Below are positions 10,528 through 20,591 of a stretch of DNA of 64,000 bases, piece after piece; the first letter of the stretch is position 1, and each line of letters opens with the position of its first letter. Location of the stretch: contig JAWBAI010000008.1 in assembly GCA_038816475.1 (NCBI GenBank), positions 1,176-65,175 on the forward strand, written 5' to 3'. The notes below the pieces were generated by a model, which searched no databases, was not told the origin of the DNA, and was given only the letters and a program-made list of their open reading frames with translations. The stretch comes from Desulfurococcaceae archaeon. GTDB taxonomy: Archaea; Thermoproteota; Thermoprotei_A; Sulfolobales; Desulfurococcaceae. Position numbers and translations under genes: made by a program.

Positions 10528-12687
10528 ATGTCACAGGTTATCTCCAAGGTTTTGACTATCACGATAATAGTAGCACTACTACCAATACCGCTATTGTTGC
10601 AATCCGACGTTCAAACTTCACTTCAGAAGCTTCAACCCATTCCTCACTACCTGGATATAGCGGTAGCTCTACCCGTAGATAACGCTGGTCCTGGGGCTCC
10701 TCTGGTAATAAAGCCCGGGAGTTGTGAACTCCTAGTGCTCCGCGAAGAGTACGCTAACGAAGAGTTCTCGGTTGGCTACATCTGGAGAGTAGACTACGTG
10801 GATGATGCATCAAAGTTGCTAAACTACACAGTGAGAATTAGCAGAAAGAACGGGGTTGAACTAGAGTTGTGTATTCCAGTTAACGTGGAGGAGGGATTAT
10901 ACGACCTCGTTCTCGTAGGATCCCGTGAACTAGTCGTTCCCAGGTCCATCTGGATCATGGAATCTCTTCCGGAAAAACTCAGAGTAGTGGTAATGACGGA
11001 TATTCACTTCGGAGTTGTTGGTAAACCGGACCTGTGGAGGTACTCAGCAGCTGTAATTGCGAGCGCACTAAACCCCGATCTGATACTATGGGCGGGCGAC
11101 ATACAGGACGTGGATAGCGAGTACTACGCTAAAATGGCTCAAGCTTACCGGCTCATGATGCTCTACAAGTACCCAGTCTTTAGTGTACCTGGAAACCACG
11201 ATCACCCGGGTTCACGGTACGCTTCCTACATTGGTCCTACAAGATGGGTACGCGTAATTGATAACAAGCTACTGCTGATTGGGGTTTACACAAACCCCTA
11301 CCTTGCTACGAACAACATCATAACCTGGGATGAGATAGTCTTCCTCGAGAAAGCACTGATGAACTACAGTTACCTCCCCCACAAGATCATCATTACACAC
11401 TACCCTATGTTCTTCTGTGCGCAACCATGCGTTGTTGAATCCAGCTACGACGACGAAAAAACGTTAAAGCCATATGCTCCTGGAGTTGAAACCCCTGTGA
11501 GTTCCTACTGGAGCGGCAACATGACAGCGTTCAGGTACGTTCTGAAGTTAATAGAAGACTACAATGTTACAGCCGTTATTTCCGGTCACATACACAGAGA
11601 CCAGTACATACTCTACATCAGTACTAGAACAGGCTCCAGAACACACTTCGTAACGGTTACATCATCAGGTCAACTAACTCCAACGTACCCCGGTGTAAGA
11701 GTATTCGAGCTGAACACAGAGACTGGTGAACTAATTTTCCCCTATTACCCGGGTATAGGCAACTTCTCTATTCCCGTGGACTACGGTGAATTAGGAGTTG
11801 ATGTTAAACTGGTAAGAGGCTTAGAAGCATATATGTTCACCGTTCGCAACCGACTAACATTCATGAACATCACTGTTACCACAGTAATAGCGTTACCATG
11901 GTCACCTGAAACACTAGCACCTCAGGTAAGCATTCGGGAGAAATCACACGATGCAAGAGCCATTGTGAAGCACATTTACACAACGAGTAAAGTAGCGTAC
12001 TTCTACCTTGAAATAAGTATACCACCATTAAGTAGCTTAACTATTCTCGTGTTCAGGGAAAGAGACATGAATCCTCCAACCATAAGCCTAGTCAGGTGGA
12101 TGCCGGATGTTCCAAGATTGAATAGGACTTTTACACTGTACATTGATGTCGCGGATGAACACTACGGTGTAGACCCCGATAGTGTAAGTATTTCATTAAA
12201 CTGTACAGCGAGAATATCTACTAGAATTACCCCGGAAACATACTACTCTGTATTCAATAGAGTCTCTGTTGAAGCTAGGATAACCGTGAATGCACCCGAG
12301 GTCACAACCTGTAGACTTGACGTAGTAGCAGTAGACCTCGCAAACTTCACTACCACAAAGAGCTATCTAGTGATCTTCTATCCTCCAGGGATAACATCCC
12401 AGGAAACACCGGTGAGGGAAATAGTAGAAGTTCAAGAAATAACCCCGATCCCTACACCAATCACCACGGAAATTCCAACCGAAACACCAATTACTAAGGA
12501 AACGCTGTCCACTCCTACATTAGAGCAACCTCTAACTACTACAGCCCAGGAACAAGTTGCTACTGAAGTACAGCATCCCGCGCTCTCGAATAGTGCATTA
12601 ATCGTAGTGGTAGTAGGCACGAGTATTCTACTAGCTATTGCTATTGTAGTGGTATTGAAGATTTCAAGGAAAGCAACCGCTTCTTGA
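10528..12687 (+). CDS. surface-anchored calcineurin-like metallophosphoesterase
   Basis: 719 aa; signal/TM N-terminus, MTDIHFG, GDIQD, GNHDH and GHIHRD motifs, Thr/Pro-rich stalk (TPIPTPITTEIPTETPITKE), C-terminal TM plus basic tail. Confidence 0.75.
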   Translation: MSQVISKVLTITIIVALLPIPLLLQSDVQTSLQKLQPIPHYLDIAVALPVDNAGPGAPLVIKPGSCELLVLREEYANEEFSVGYIWRVDYVDDASKLLNYTVRISRKNGVELELCIPVNVEEGLYDLVLVGSRELVVPRSIWIMESLPEKLRVVVMTDIHFGVVGKPDLWRYSAAVIASALNPDLILWAGDIQDVDSEYYAKMAQAYRLMMLYKYPVFSVPGNHDHPGSRYASYIGPTRWVRVIDNKLLLIGVYTNPYLATNNIITWDEIVFLEKALMNYSYLPHKIIITHYPMFFCAQPCVVESSYDDEKTLKPYAPGVETPVSSYWSGNMTAFRYVLKLIEDYNVTAVISGHIHRDQYILYISTRTGSRTHFVTVTSSGQLTPTYPGVRVFELNTETGELIFPYYPGIGNFSIPVDYGELGVDVKLVRGLEAYMFTVRNRLTFMNITVTTVIALPWSPETLAPQVSIREKSHDARAIVKHIYTTSKVAYFYLEISIPPLSSLTILVFRERDMNPPTISLVRWMPDVPRLNRTFTLYIDVADEHYGVDPDSVSISLNCTARISTRITPETYYSVFNRVSVEARITVNAPEVTTCRLDVVAVDLANFTTTKSYLVIFYPPGITSQETPVREIVEVQEITPIPTPITTEIPTETPITKETLSTPTLEQPLTTTAQEQVATEVQHPALSNSALIVVVVGTSILLAIAIVVVLKISRKATAS

Positions 12688-12754
12688 TATCTCAAGCTAT
12701 TAGATCCGCTCTCAGTATTTTTAACCCCACCTCATATAAGCTTTAAACGTACAG

Positions 12755-14710
12755 GTGTTGGTCATGAGTAGAGCATCAGTACTACTAGTAGTACTACTAG
12801 TAATCTCAATCCTTGCTATACTTGTCACCCCGTCCGCACTTGCACAGCCTCGTGTTATAACCATAGCAGTAGATCTCGCGCATGGTGAAAACGACAAGTA
12901 CCTTGGTTTCATACAGGGCAATATAACCTCGGTAACCATAGACGGCGTAGTGTACTCTATTCGATGGATTAACATAACACCAGGTACCACAATAACACCC
13001 GAGCTACTATCGGAAGTGGACATACTACTGATCGGACAACCCACAGTTAGCTTTTCACCCGACGAAATGGAAGCAATCAAGAGCTGGCTTTACTCAGGGA
13101 ACAAGGTGCTCTACGTTGCTGGTGACAGCGACTACGGTGCAACAGGACCACTCAGCATAGAAGCTGTAAACTCTCTGTTGGAGTACATAGGTGTCAGATT
13201 AAGACTTGAGCACGCAGCAGTTTATACACCATATCCTGAGATGAGAACTTACGTCTACAAGGGCGTTGAATACCCAACTAACGCTTTAGCATACTACAGA
13301 GTACTAGCGTTCGTTGAGCCGGATAATGTTTCCTACCTGCACACCTATATGGTTGATGAGGAGGTTACAAAGCCAATTATAATGCATGGTCCAACATGCG
13401 TTATATGGGTAGACGAGGAGGGTAACTACAGAGACCCTGTTACGGAAACATACCCAGGGCTTATAAGGTTGGTTTGGTTTAGAAGAGCCTACATCGGAAA
13501 CAACAATCCACCAGATCCCTACGTGTATGATATCCTACTCTACGGTCTTGGAGCAGAGAGAGGAGACTGGAGCTTTGTTGCGTACGCGGCAGAGTACATT
13601 CCACACGTGAACTCACTAGTAACAGTTGCTGGTGAGTCGCTGTACGGAAACTACGAACCAGCATGGTCATCAAGATACTACGGTGTAGACCTTGATGGAC
13701 CAAGGTTCGTAACAAACCTTGTTAGATGGTGGGTACGGATAATTACAATGCAGGTGCTATCTTTCGAGGATCCCGTTGATGACGACAAGGGGCCGGGAGC
13801 ACTAAAGTATCCAACAAACCCGGTGTTTGTTCCAGGTGCATTTGATATAGTGAAGTTCCAGGTGCTCGAGGACGGAGACTACATCTATCTTAGAACAACA
13901 TTCCGAGACTATGGAGGTAACCCGTGGGGTGGTCCAAACGGTTTTAGCCTACAGCTAATACACGTTTACATTCTCACCACAGATCCAACTATACCTAAGA
14001 ACTACACGGCACCAGGATTAAACGTGAATGTGTACCATGGATGGCACTACTTAGCTGTAGCTGCACCGGGATGGGGAGGAGTACCATGGCCTGATGGTGA
14101 AGCAGGTGCTCTCTATGCTAGTGATGGAACGTTGCTGAGTGGTGAAGATGGTGTACGCTTCGACGTATACTACGTTGGTGGTAACTCTATAGATATAAGG
14201 ATATCTAAGAATCTGCTGAGGGATGTTCAAAACGTAGAAGGCTGGATATTCGCAGTAGCTGTAGCCAGCTACGATGGATTTGGACCTATGAGAGTGAGAC
14301 AAGTAGTTCCAGGTGATCCACAGGAGTGGTTGCTCGGTGGTGGAGACCCTAGGGCCATACTAGCCGGTGTTCAACCCTTAGTAGTAGACTTTCTGGCTCC
14401 AACAGCGGAAGAGCAGTACACACTACTATCACTCTACGACCCTGATACTGGTAGACTAGCCATAATAGCTGGAATGAGCAAGTATGGATTCATGGGACCC
14501 TTAATACTAAGGGTAACGGTTGAAGTACCAGTAGAAGTCACTGTTACTAAAACTATTACACAAGTAATAACTGAAACCCGAATCGAAACCAAAGTTCTAA
14601 CGGAGCCAGTAACGGTTACGGTACCAGAGTACACGTCAGCGGCCGTTGTAGGAGTAGTAGCAGTAGTAATAATAGCTGTACTAGTGTACATGTTGTTCAA
14701 GAAGAAGTAG
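12755..14710 (+). CDS. surface-anchored protein with a glucodextranase-C/SLH-like binding module
   Basis: 651 aa; signal peptide ending ALAQP; segment DPVDDDKGPGALKYPTNPVFVPGAFDIVKFQV...GGNPWGGPNGFSLQLIHVYI resembles the Glucodextran_C module; Val/Thr-rich stalk plus C-terminal TM and KKK tail. Confidence 0.55.
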   Translation: MLVMSRASVLLVVLLVISILAILVTPSALAQPRVITIAVDLAHGENDKYLGFIQGNITSVTIDGVVYSIRWINITPGTTITPELLSEVDILLIGQPTVSFSPDEMEAIKSWLYSGNKVLYVAGDSDYGATGPLSIEAVNSLLEYIGVRLRLEHAAVYTPYPEMRTYVYKGVEYPTNALAYYRVLAFVEPDNVSYLHTYMVDEEVTKPIIMHGPTCVIWVDEEGNYRDPVTETYPGLIRLVWFRRAYIGNNNPPDPYVYDILLYGLGAERGDWSFVAYAAEYIPHVNSLVTVAGESLYGNYEPAWSSRYYGVDLDGPRFVTNLVRWWVRIITMQVLSFEDPVDDDKGPGALKYPTNPVFVPGAFDIVKFQVLEDGDYIYLRTTFRDYGGNPWGGPNGFSLQLIHVYILTTDPTIPKNYTAPGLNVNVYHGWHYLAVAAPGWGGVPWPDGEAGALYASDGTLLSGEDGVRFDVYYVGGNSIDIRISKNLLRDVQNVEGWIFAVAVASYDGFGPMRVRQVVPGDPQEWLLGGGDPRAILAGVQPLVVDFLAPTAEEQYTLLSLYDPDTGRLAIIAGMSKYGFMGPLILRVTVEVPVEVTVTKTITQVITETRIETKVLTEPVTVTVPEYTSAAVVGVVAVVIIAVLVYMLFKKK

Positions 14711-14857
14711 AATGTAGTACTGGAAATAAAATCTCTTTTTACTCTTCATTTACCTCATCTATATCTATCCTAAAACCGTTCTATGCGCTCTCCCATAATT
14801 ACTGATCATGGGAAACTTTATAGGTTCTTAATTCGTATATTGCAACGGGAGGGCACT

Positions 14858-16585
14858 ATGCTAAGAGAGCACTCATTTGTACTGGGGTTAATGATAGTAA
14901 TAGCAATACTCCTACCAGTTATTGGTGCATACGAGACAGCTGCGCAGCAGTGGCCATGGGGTAATAAAGAAGAGCCTTATCCCTGGCTCGATTACCTGGC
15001 GAACTTAACAACGGTTAGAAACATTAGACTAGTAGTACTAACAAGACATGAATCATCAATACAAAGCTTAACTAGAATACTCTTCCTGAACTCCCCGGTT
15101 GCCGCGAAGCTCGGAATAACAGAACTGCAGTTCGTATACCAGGAGGCTAGTCTATGGCCTGAAACCATCAGAAGAGCTATGCGTCTTGGAACATCTATAG
15201 ACGTTGCATGGGGTGGAGGTCCAACACTGTTCAACATGCTAGACGAAATGGGCTTTCTGCTACCAATAAACCCAACCGTTCAACCAGAGCATTACGCAAT
15301 AATGTACGAGCTGAGCAAGATCCCGGAGACCATAGCGGGTAGTGCAACCTACAAGGTTGACGCTCATGGAAACATAAGGTGGATTGGAGCAAGTGTAAGT
15401 AGCTTTGGTTTTACCGTTAACAAGCTAATTCTCGAGAGGTACGGGCTTCCAAAGCCGCTATCCTGGGAGGATCTCACGAATCCCGTCTACATTAAGTACT
15501 ACCCAGCAGCACGGTTAATGGGACTAGCTGATCCAACGAAGAGCACTAGTAACTTAAGAATATTCGAGATAATACTGCAAGCCAGGGGCTGGAATGAAGG
15601 CTGGAGAATACTAACACTAATGGCAGCCAACTCGATCGTATACCCTGGTAGTGGCGAAGTACGAGATGCCGTAATCAGAGGAGACATAGCCATTGGAACA
15701 ACCATAGACTTCTACGGTTACATGGCAATGAGCGTAAACCCGTACTGCGAGTACATAGCACCAGAGGGTGAAACGATAGTAAACGCTGACCCGATAGCAA
15801 TTATCAACATCACAAAGTACCCTGTTCACGCTGCTGCGTTCGTAGCATGGGTCCTGAGCGAGTTCGGTGGACAGCTTGTATGGCTCCATGGGGATATAAA
15901 CAGAATACCCGTAAATCCGAGAACATTCGAGATCGAAATACCTGAAGAGCTGAAGGCGTACGGTATAACAAGCAGACCGGACCTTAAGCAGGCATTCGAC
16001 AACCTTGTTTACCTTAGAGGTATAGAGTTCGATGAAGCACTCTCGGCAAGCTGGATAAACTCTGTGATGTACTACTTTAAAGCAACCCTCGTGAACGCTC
16101 ACGAGGACCTTCAGTACGTATGGAGTGAGATTGCGAAAGCTTACCTCGAAGGCAAAATAACCTATGGGCAATTCCAATACCTGATCCACGAACTAACAAG
16201 ACCTCTAAGGTTCGTGGACCCGATGACACGTAGTGAAGTAGAATTTACACTCGAGTACGCTATTAGAGTAAATAAGGCACTAACAGATGCTGCAACCTAC
16301 CAAGCACTAATGTCGACTTGGGAGCAGGCTGCAAGAGAGAGGTACAGAAAAGTCCTGGAGATTCTCCGTAGTGGTAACATACCAGAGTATACACCACCTG
16401 CAACAACCGGCACAGTTACTGAAACAACCCCCTTAACATCATCACCTGTGGCAACGGAAACACCCGCAGGAACGGAAACTCCATCAACTGTTCAACCCGG
16501 AGGAGTTTCACCAATGCTAATAGCCTTGGTAGCCATAGCGACAGCCATTGTAGTCGCTCTAGTAGTGCTTGTGAGGAGAAAGTAG
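14858..16585 (+). CDS. ABC transporter substrate-binding protein (Fe3+/thiamine/polyamine-type family), membrane anchored
   Basis: N-terminal TM, SBP-like core (VVLTRHESS...DVAWGGGPTLF), Thr-rich stalk and C-terminal TM plus RRK; ATG at 14858 preferred over 14783. Confidence 0.7.
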   Translation: MLREHSFVLGLMIVIAILLPVIGAYETAAQQWPWGNKEEPYPWLDYLANLTTVRNIRLVVLTRHESSIQSLTRILFLNSPVAAKLGITELQFVYQEASLWPETIRRAMRLGTSIDVAWGGGPTLFNMLDEMGFLLPINPTVQPEHYAIMYELSKIPETIAGSATYKVDAHGNIRWIGASVSSFGFTVNKLILERYGLPKPLSWEDLTNPVYIKYYPAARLMGLADPTKSTSNLRIFEIILQARGWNEGWRILTLMAANSIVYPGSGEVRDAVIRGDIAIGTTIDFYGYMAMSVNPYCEYIAPEGETIVNADPIAIINITKYPVHAAAFVAWVLSEFGGQLVWLHGDINRIPVNPRTFEIEIPEELKAYGITSRPDLKQAFDNLVYLRGIEFDEALSASWINSVMYYFKATLVNAHEDLQYVWSEIAKAYLEGKITYGQFQYLIHELTRPLRFVDPMTRSEVEFTLEYAIRVNKALTDAATYQALMSTWEQAARERYRKVLEILRSGNIPEYTPPATTGTVTETTPLTSSPVATETPAGTETPSTVQPGGVSPMLIALVAIATAIVVALVVLVRRK

Positions 16586-16664
16586 AGCCTGTAGATAACC
16601 TTACACGAGTCAGCAAGTTTTTTACCTACATTTGCATCCAGGTATGTCAGACGTCGAGTATTTT

Positions 16665-16689
16665 CATGCTACCCGCGTAACGTAGCATG
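16665..16689 (+). promoter_or_regulatory. intercistronic hairpin between the SBP and permease genes
   Basis: perfect 8-bp stem catgctac / gtagcatg with a 9-nt loop; a T6 run at 16612-16617 lies just upstream. Confidence 0.5.
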
Positions 16690-16707
16690 TTGTTCGGGTG
16701 TTGAAAT

Positions 16708-18978
16708 GTGAAGCGTGTTGGATTAACAGAGGTGTTCTTAACCGGTAGTTTATTTGGAGTGCTGACACTGGTAGGATACGAGGTATTACCAGCCGATGAA
16801 GCAGAAATACTAGCTTTGTTTGCTCTCGCTATGGCATTTACATGTGGTTACGTTCTACTGAAGCTTGGCTTTGACTACTACAGGGTCAAGTATAGTTTTT
16901 CTTTTACGTTCCTATCGGTAATAATTACTCTATTCGAAATTATCATTATATCCATATTCATGGTTTTCAATCGAGATCCCTACACTAGAGACGTTGTTTA
17001 CATGTATATGGCTATTGCTACATTGCTTGCACCATACCTCGGTGTAACCGTTTTTGGTGCTATAATCGATAAAACACACTCGTGGAAAGAGTTCAAATCC
17101 AAGATGTCCGTAAAGTTACCTGTGAGCGTAAGTAGAAGATTTAGAAAGATCACTTTTCAGCTCGATAGGACTTTATGGTTCTTCTTCCTGTATGGAATCA
17201 TCTACCTACTGATATTTATGCTTGTACCAATACTAACGGTGCTTGTGTACTCGTTTATTCCACCGCTCGGGGGTTCCTGGTGGGATAACTACTATTTCAT
17301 ATTCAAGGAGAATGTTAGGATTAAACCATATGTCGTGGAACCATGGACTAAAGAGACTCTCCCAGGTGGCGAGTGTCTTATTGTCCTCAGAGGAGTGAAC
17401 TATGGACCGGTTCTCAATAGTATCATATCAGCTACTATAACAACCGTTGTTTCAACAATACTTGGTACATCTATAGGCTACATACTAGCAAGGTACAGGT
17501 TTCCAGGGCACTCGTTGCTTAGAATACTGGCTATAGTTCCCCTCTTCAATACACCGTTCATTAACACCTTTACAATTAAATTGCTGTGGAGCGAGGCCGG
17601 ACCTATTTCACAGGTGTTCAAGTACTTTACAGGTTGCTACTTGAAAATCGATAGCATAGCCGGTGTAATACTGTCTCAGATATTCGCGTTCTACCCGATA
17701 GTATACTTAAACGCTTACACAGCATTCATAAACGTAGATCCCTCCACAGAGGAGCAGGCAGAAAACCTTGGTGCTAAAGGATTCAGGATTTTCAGAACGG
17801 TAACTCTTCCTCTCGCTCTTCCCGGAATAGCAGCTGGTGCAACGCTGGTTTTCGTGTTTAGCCTGGAGGATTTAATGGGACCAATTGTCTTCAATGAGAG
17901 GAGCTTCATGAGCTATGTAATATTCGACCGGCTCAAGGAGGCGTATCAGTACGGTTTTGTAAGACCAGATGCAGCAGCAATGGGAGCAATACTGCTGGTA
18001 CTCGCTTTAGTAGTGTTCTTGGCTATCAGGAACTACGTTAGCATGAGAAGCTATGCCATGATCAGCAGGGGTGGAAGGTGGAACCCGAGAATAAGGAAAC
18101 TTGGTCCCCTAGGTAAGGCTGTTCTATACCTGGTTGTGTTTCCGTTGGTTCTACTTACAACGGCTCCACAGATCATGGTCATACTAATGTCCCTGGGTAT
18201 GTTAAAACCATACAGAGGCGAAGCAGGATTGGTTTTCGAGCTAACAAGTGATCCGCTTTACTACTTTAGCAGAGTGCTACTAGACCCCGCTACGAACAAG
18301 TACATTATTAACACGCTAACGTACGCAGGTGTTTCAATAGTGATTGCAGTATTCTTAGCCACGTGTGTTGCGTACAGCGTTAGTAGGCTCAAGGTAAAGG
18401 TTATTCCAAACGTACTTGACTCTCTCGCTACAGCTCCACTGGCTATTCCAGGACTGGTTTTTGCTTTAGGATATTTCATAGTGTTCTCTGAAATAGCAAA
18501 CCTCTTACCCGAAGAACTGGGACGCTATCTTAGTCCAGCTAGCGTAGCGTTTCAAGCATGGATAGTGTTCATAATATCGTATAGTGTCAGAAGACTACCT
18601 TACGTTGTAAGATCGGTGTTCGCAGGTTTTCAACAGGTTCATGAAAACCTTGAAGAAGCAGCAATGAACCTGGGCGCTCCACGCTACAAGGTTGTATTCG
18701 GCGTTATAATGCCCTTCATAATAGGATACATTCTCAGTGGTGCACTACTAGGATTCGTGTACATGGCAACAGAGGTGTCTACAAGCATAACATTCGGAGG
18801 TATAAACGAAGAACAAGCTCCATTAACATACTACATGGGCACGTATCTTCACAGAGCAGGACCTGAGGGACCAATGGTTGTTGCAGCAACAGGTGCTCTA
18901 CTGATACTTATCCAGTTAGCGGTAGTTGTAACCATAGTCTACGTTTTTAAGCAACGCTACGCTTTTATAGGAGTGTAG
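16708..18978 (+). CDS. ABC transporter permease, fused two-domain (FbpB/ThiP-like) with an N-terminal 4-TM extension
   Basis: 756 aa; two MetI-like permease halves; about 130 extra hydrophobic residues precede the usual RRF...start region; GTG start, alternative ATG at 17104. Confidence 0.75.
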   Translation: MKRVGLTEVFLTGSLFGVLTLVGYEVLPADEAEILALFALAMAFTCGYVLLKLGFDYYRVKYSFSFTFLSVIITLFEIIIISIFMVFNRDPYTRDVVYMYMAIATLLAPYLGVTVFGAIIDKTHSWKEFKSKMSVKLPVSVSRRFRKITFQLDRTLWFFFLYGIIYLLIFMLVPILTVLVYSFIPPLGGSWWDNYYFIFKENVRIKPYVVEPWTKETLPGGECLIVLRGVNYGPVLNSIISATITTVVSTILGTSIGYILARYRFPGHSLLRILAIVPLFNTPFINTFTIKLLWSEAGPISQVFKYFTGCYLKIDSIAGVILSQIFAFYPIVYLNAYTAFINVDPSTEEQAENLGAKGFRIFRTVTLPLALPGIAAGATLVFVFSLEDLMGPIVFNERSFMSYVIFDRLKEAYQYGFVRPDAAAMGAILLVLALVVFLAIRNYVSMRSYAMISRGGRWNPRIRKLGPLGKAVLYLVVFPLVLLTTAPQIMVILMSLGMLKPYRGEAGLVFELTSDPLYYFSRVLLDPATNKYIINTLTYAGVSIVIAVFLATCVAYSVSRLKVKVIPNVLDSLATAPLAIPGLVFALGYFIVFSEIANLLPEELGRYLSPASVAFQAWIVFIISYSVRRLPYVVRSVFAGFQQVHENLEEAAMNLGAPRYKVVFGVIMPFIIGYILSGALLGFVYMATEVSTSITFGGINEEQAPLTYYMGTYLHRAGPEGPMVVAATGALLILIQLAVVVTIVYVFKQRYAFIGV

Positions 18979-18989
18979 AGGTAACTTCA

Positions 18990-20069
18990 ATGACGAGAGT
19001 TAAACTCGAAGGAGTCTCAAAGTACTTTGGTACAGTCGTAGCAGTCGAAGACGTTACATTTCACGTTGATAAAGGCGAGTTCTTTACTCTTCTAGGTCCA
19101 TCCGGATGTGGTAAAACAACGACGCTAAGGATCATAGCGGGTTTCGAGGTCCCGGACAAGGGTAAGGTCTACTTCGATGATGAAGATGTAACCTTCGAAA
19201 AACCCTATAAGAGAAATACAGCAATGGTATTCCAGAACTATGCACTATGGCCTCACATGACTGTTTTCGAGAACATAGCCTATGGTCTTAAGATAAGGAG
19301 AAAAGAGCTTGGGCTTAGCGACGAGGATATCAAGAAGAGAGTTGAGTGGGCACTAGAGCTTGTTAAGCTGAAAGGGCTCGAAAACAGGTACCCATTGCAA
19401 CTCAGCGGTGGACAGCAGCAAAGAGTTGCACTGGCGAGAGCTCTTGTTGTTCAACCCAGAGTTCTCCTACTGGATGAACCACTCAGTAACCTTGATGCTA
19501 AGCTCAGGATCGAGATGAGAGAAGAACTACGGAGACTGCAGAAATCTCTCGGCATAACGACTATATACGTTACCCACGACCAGCTCGAAGCTATGAGCAT
19601 GAGCGACAGAATAGCAGTTATGAACAAAGGTAGAATAGTTCAAGTAGGTACCCCCAGAGAGCTTTACCTTAGACCAAGAACACTCTTCGTTGCAGACTTC
19701 CTTGGTAGAAGTAGCATATACGCAGGTGAACTAGTTGAACAAAGGGGCCGTGAAGTTAAGGTTAAACTTGAAGAAGCAGACATCATAGTTAAGGGTGTAA
19801 CACCTGTTGAAAACCTACCCAGAAAAGTAGCAGTTGTCATCAGACCAGAAGTAGTAAAGCTCGGTGCAAGCACGGATCCCGAGGACACGGTGATTAAGGG
19901 TGTACTTGATTTCGCCATGTTCGTTGGTGAGAAGATAGAAGGAAGAGTGAGAATCGGAAACCTGAGACTTCTAGTATACTTACCTAACACCATTGAGGTA
20001 TCCGTTGGAAGTGAGATTGTACTGACAATACCTTGGGTAAACACTGTTGTATTACCAATGGAGGTTTAA
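18990..20069 (+). CDS. ABC transporter ATP-binding protein (PotA/FbpC/MalK-like)
   Basis: Walker A GPSGCGKTT, signature LSGGQQQRVALARAL, Walker B LLLDEPLS, C-terminal TOBE-like domain. Confidence 0.9.
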   Translation: MTRVKLEGVSKYFGTVVAVEDVTFHVDKGEFFTLLGPSGCGKTTTLRIIAGFEVPDKGKVYFDDEDVTFEKPYKRNTAMVFQNYALWPHMTVFENIAYGLKIRRKELGLSDEDIKKRVEWALELVKLKGLENRYPLQLSGGQQQRVALARALVVQPRVLLLDEPLSNLDAKLRIEMREELRRLQKSLGITTIYVTHDQLEAMSMSDRIAVMNKGRIVQVGTPRELYLRPRTLFVADFLGRSSIYAGELVEQRGREVKVKLEEADIIVKGVTPVENLPRKVAVVIRPEVVKLGASTDPEDTVIKGVLDFAMFVGEKIEGRVRIGNLRLLVYLPNTIEVSVGSEIVLTIPWVNTVVLPMEV

Positions 20070-20591
20070 ACGAACTGGGCAACAGGCTTCTTCCACGGGA
20101 GTTTATAATCGGAGATGGATCTGTGCTCGATGATACATAGATCCGCTTATAATAATTCTACGTTAATCGTGTAGAGAGCATGAATTAGGCTACGAGAACA
20201 CTTTGTTCTCAGTACTTTTAAAGTATAGTAACCATGAACTCAGCCCCATGAGTTATTTTCCACATAAATCACAGGTCTGTTCTTACAAGTAGCAAGGGTT
20301 CAACGAAAATTTAACCGTGGTTACAGCCTTTATTTCCACGAATATTTCAAGTTGTATTTCAGGACGCTCCTTGACTGGTTTTCCGTGTTTTACTGCATTT
20401 AGAAGCAGAGTAAAAACGCTGTGGATTAGCACTAAATGCACCACGGACCACTGATCCAGTCAAGCTATCTAGTAAGTACAGGGATCGTGCGTGAACTCGA
20501 CCAGTATGGAAGGATGAAAGTCTCACCCCGATACTTCCTGCTATACTATGGACTACTAAGTAAAGGGTACCATAAACTATGGGTTAGTTAA

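Noticed and set aside
15617-16189. 190-aa minus-strand ORF
   Set aside because: It lies entirely antisense to the SBP gene, is rich in Cys/Tyr/Val as expected for a shadow frame, and has no motif.
20070-20591. Possibility that the long spacer encodes SRP RNA or RNase P RNA
   Set aside because: The GC content is too low for a structural RNA of a hyperthermophile, and I could not find conserved SRP or RNase P motifs. I kept it only as an unexplained spacer.
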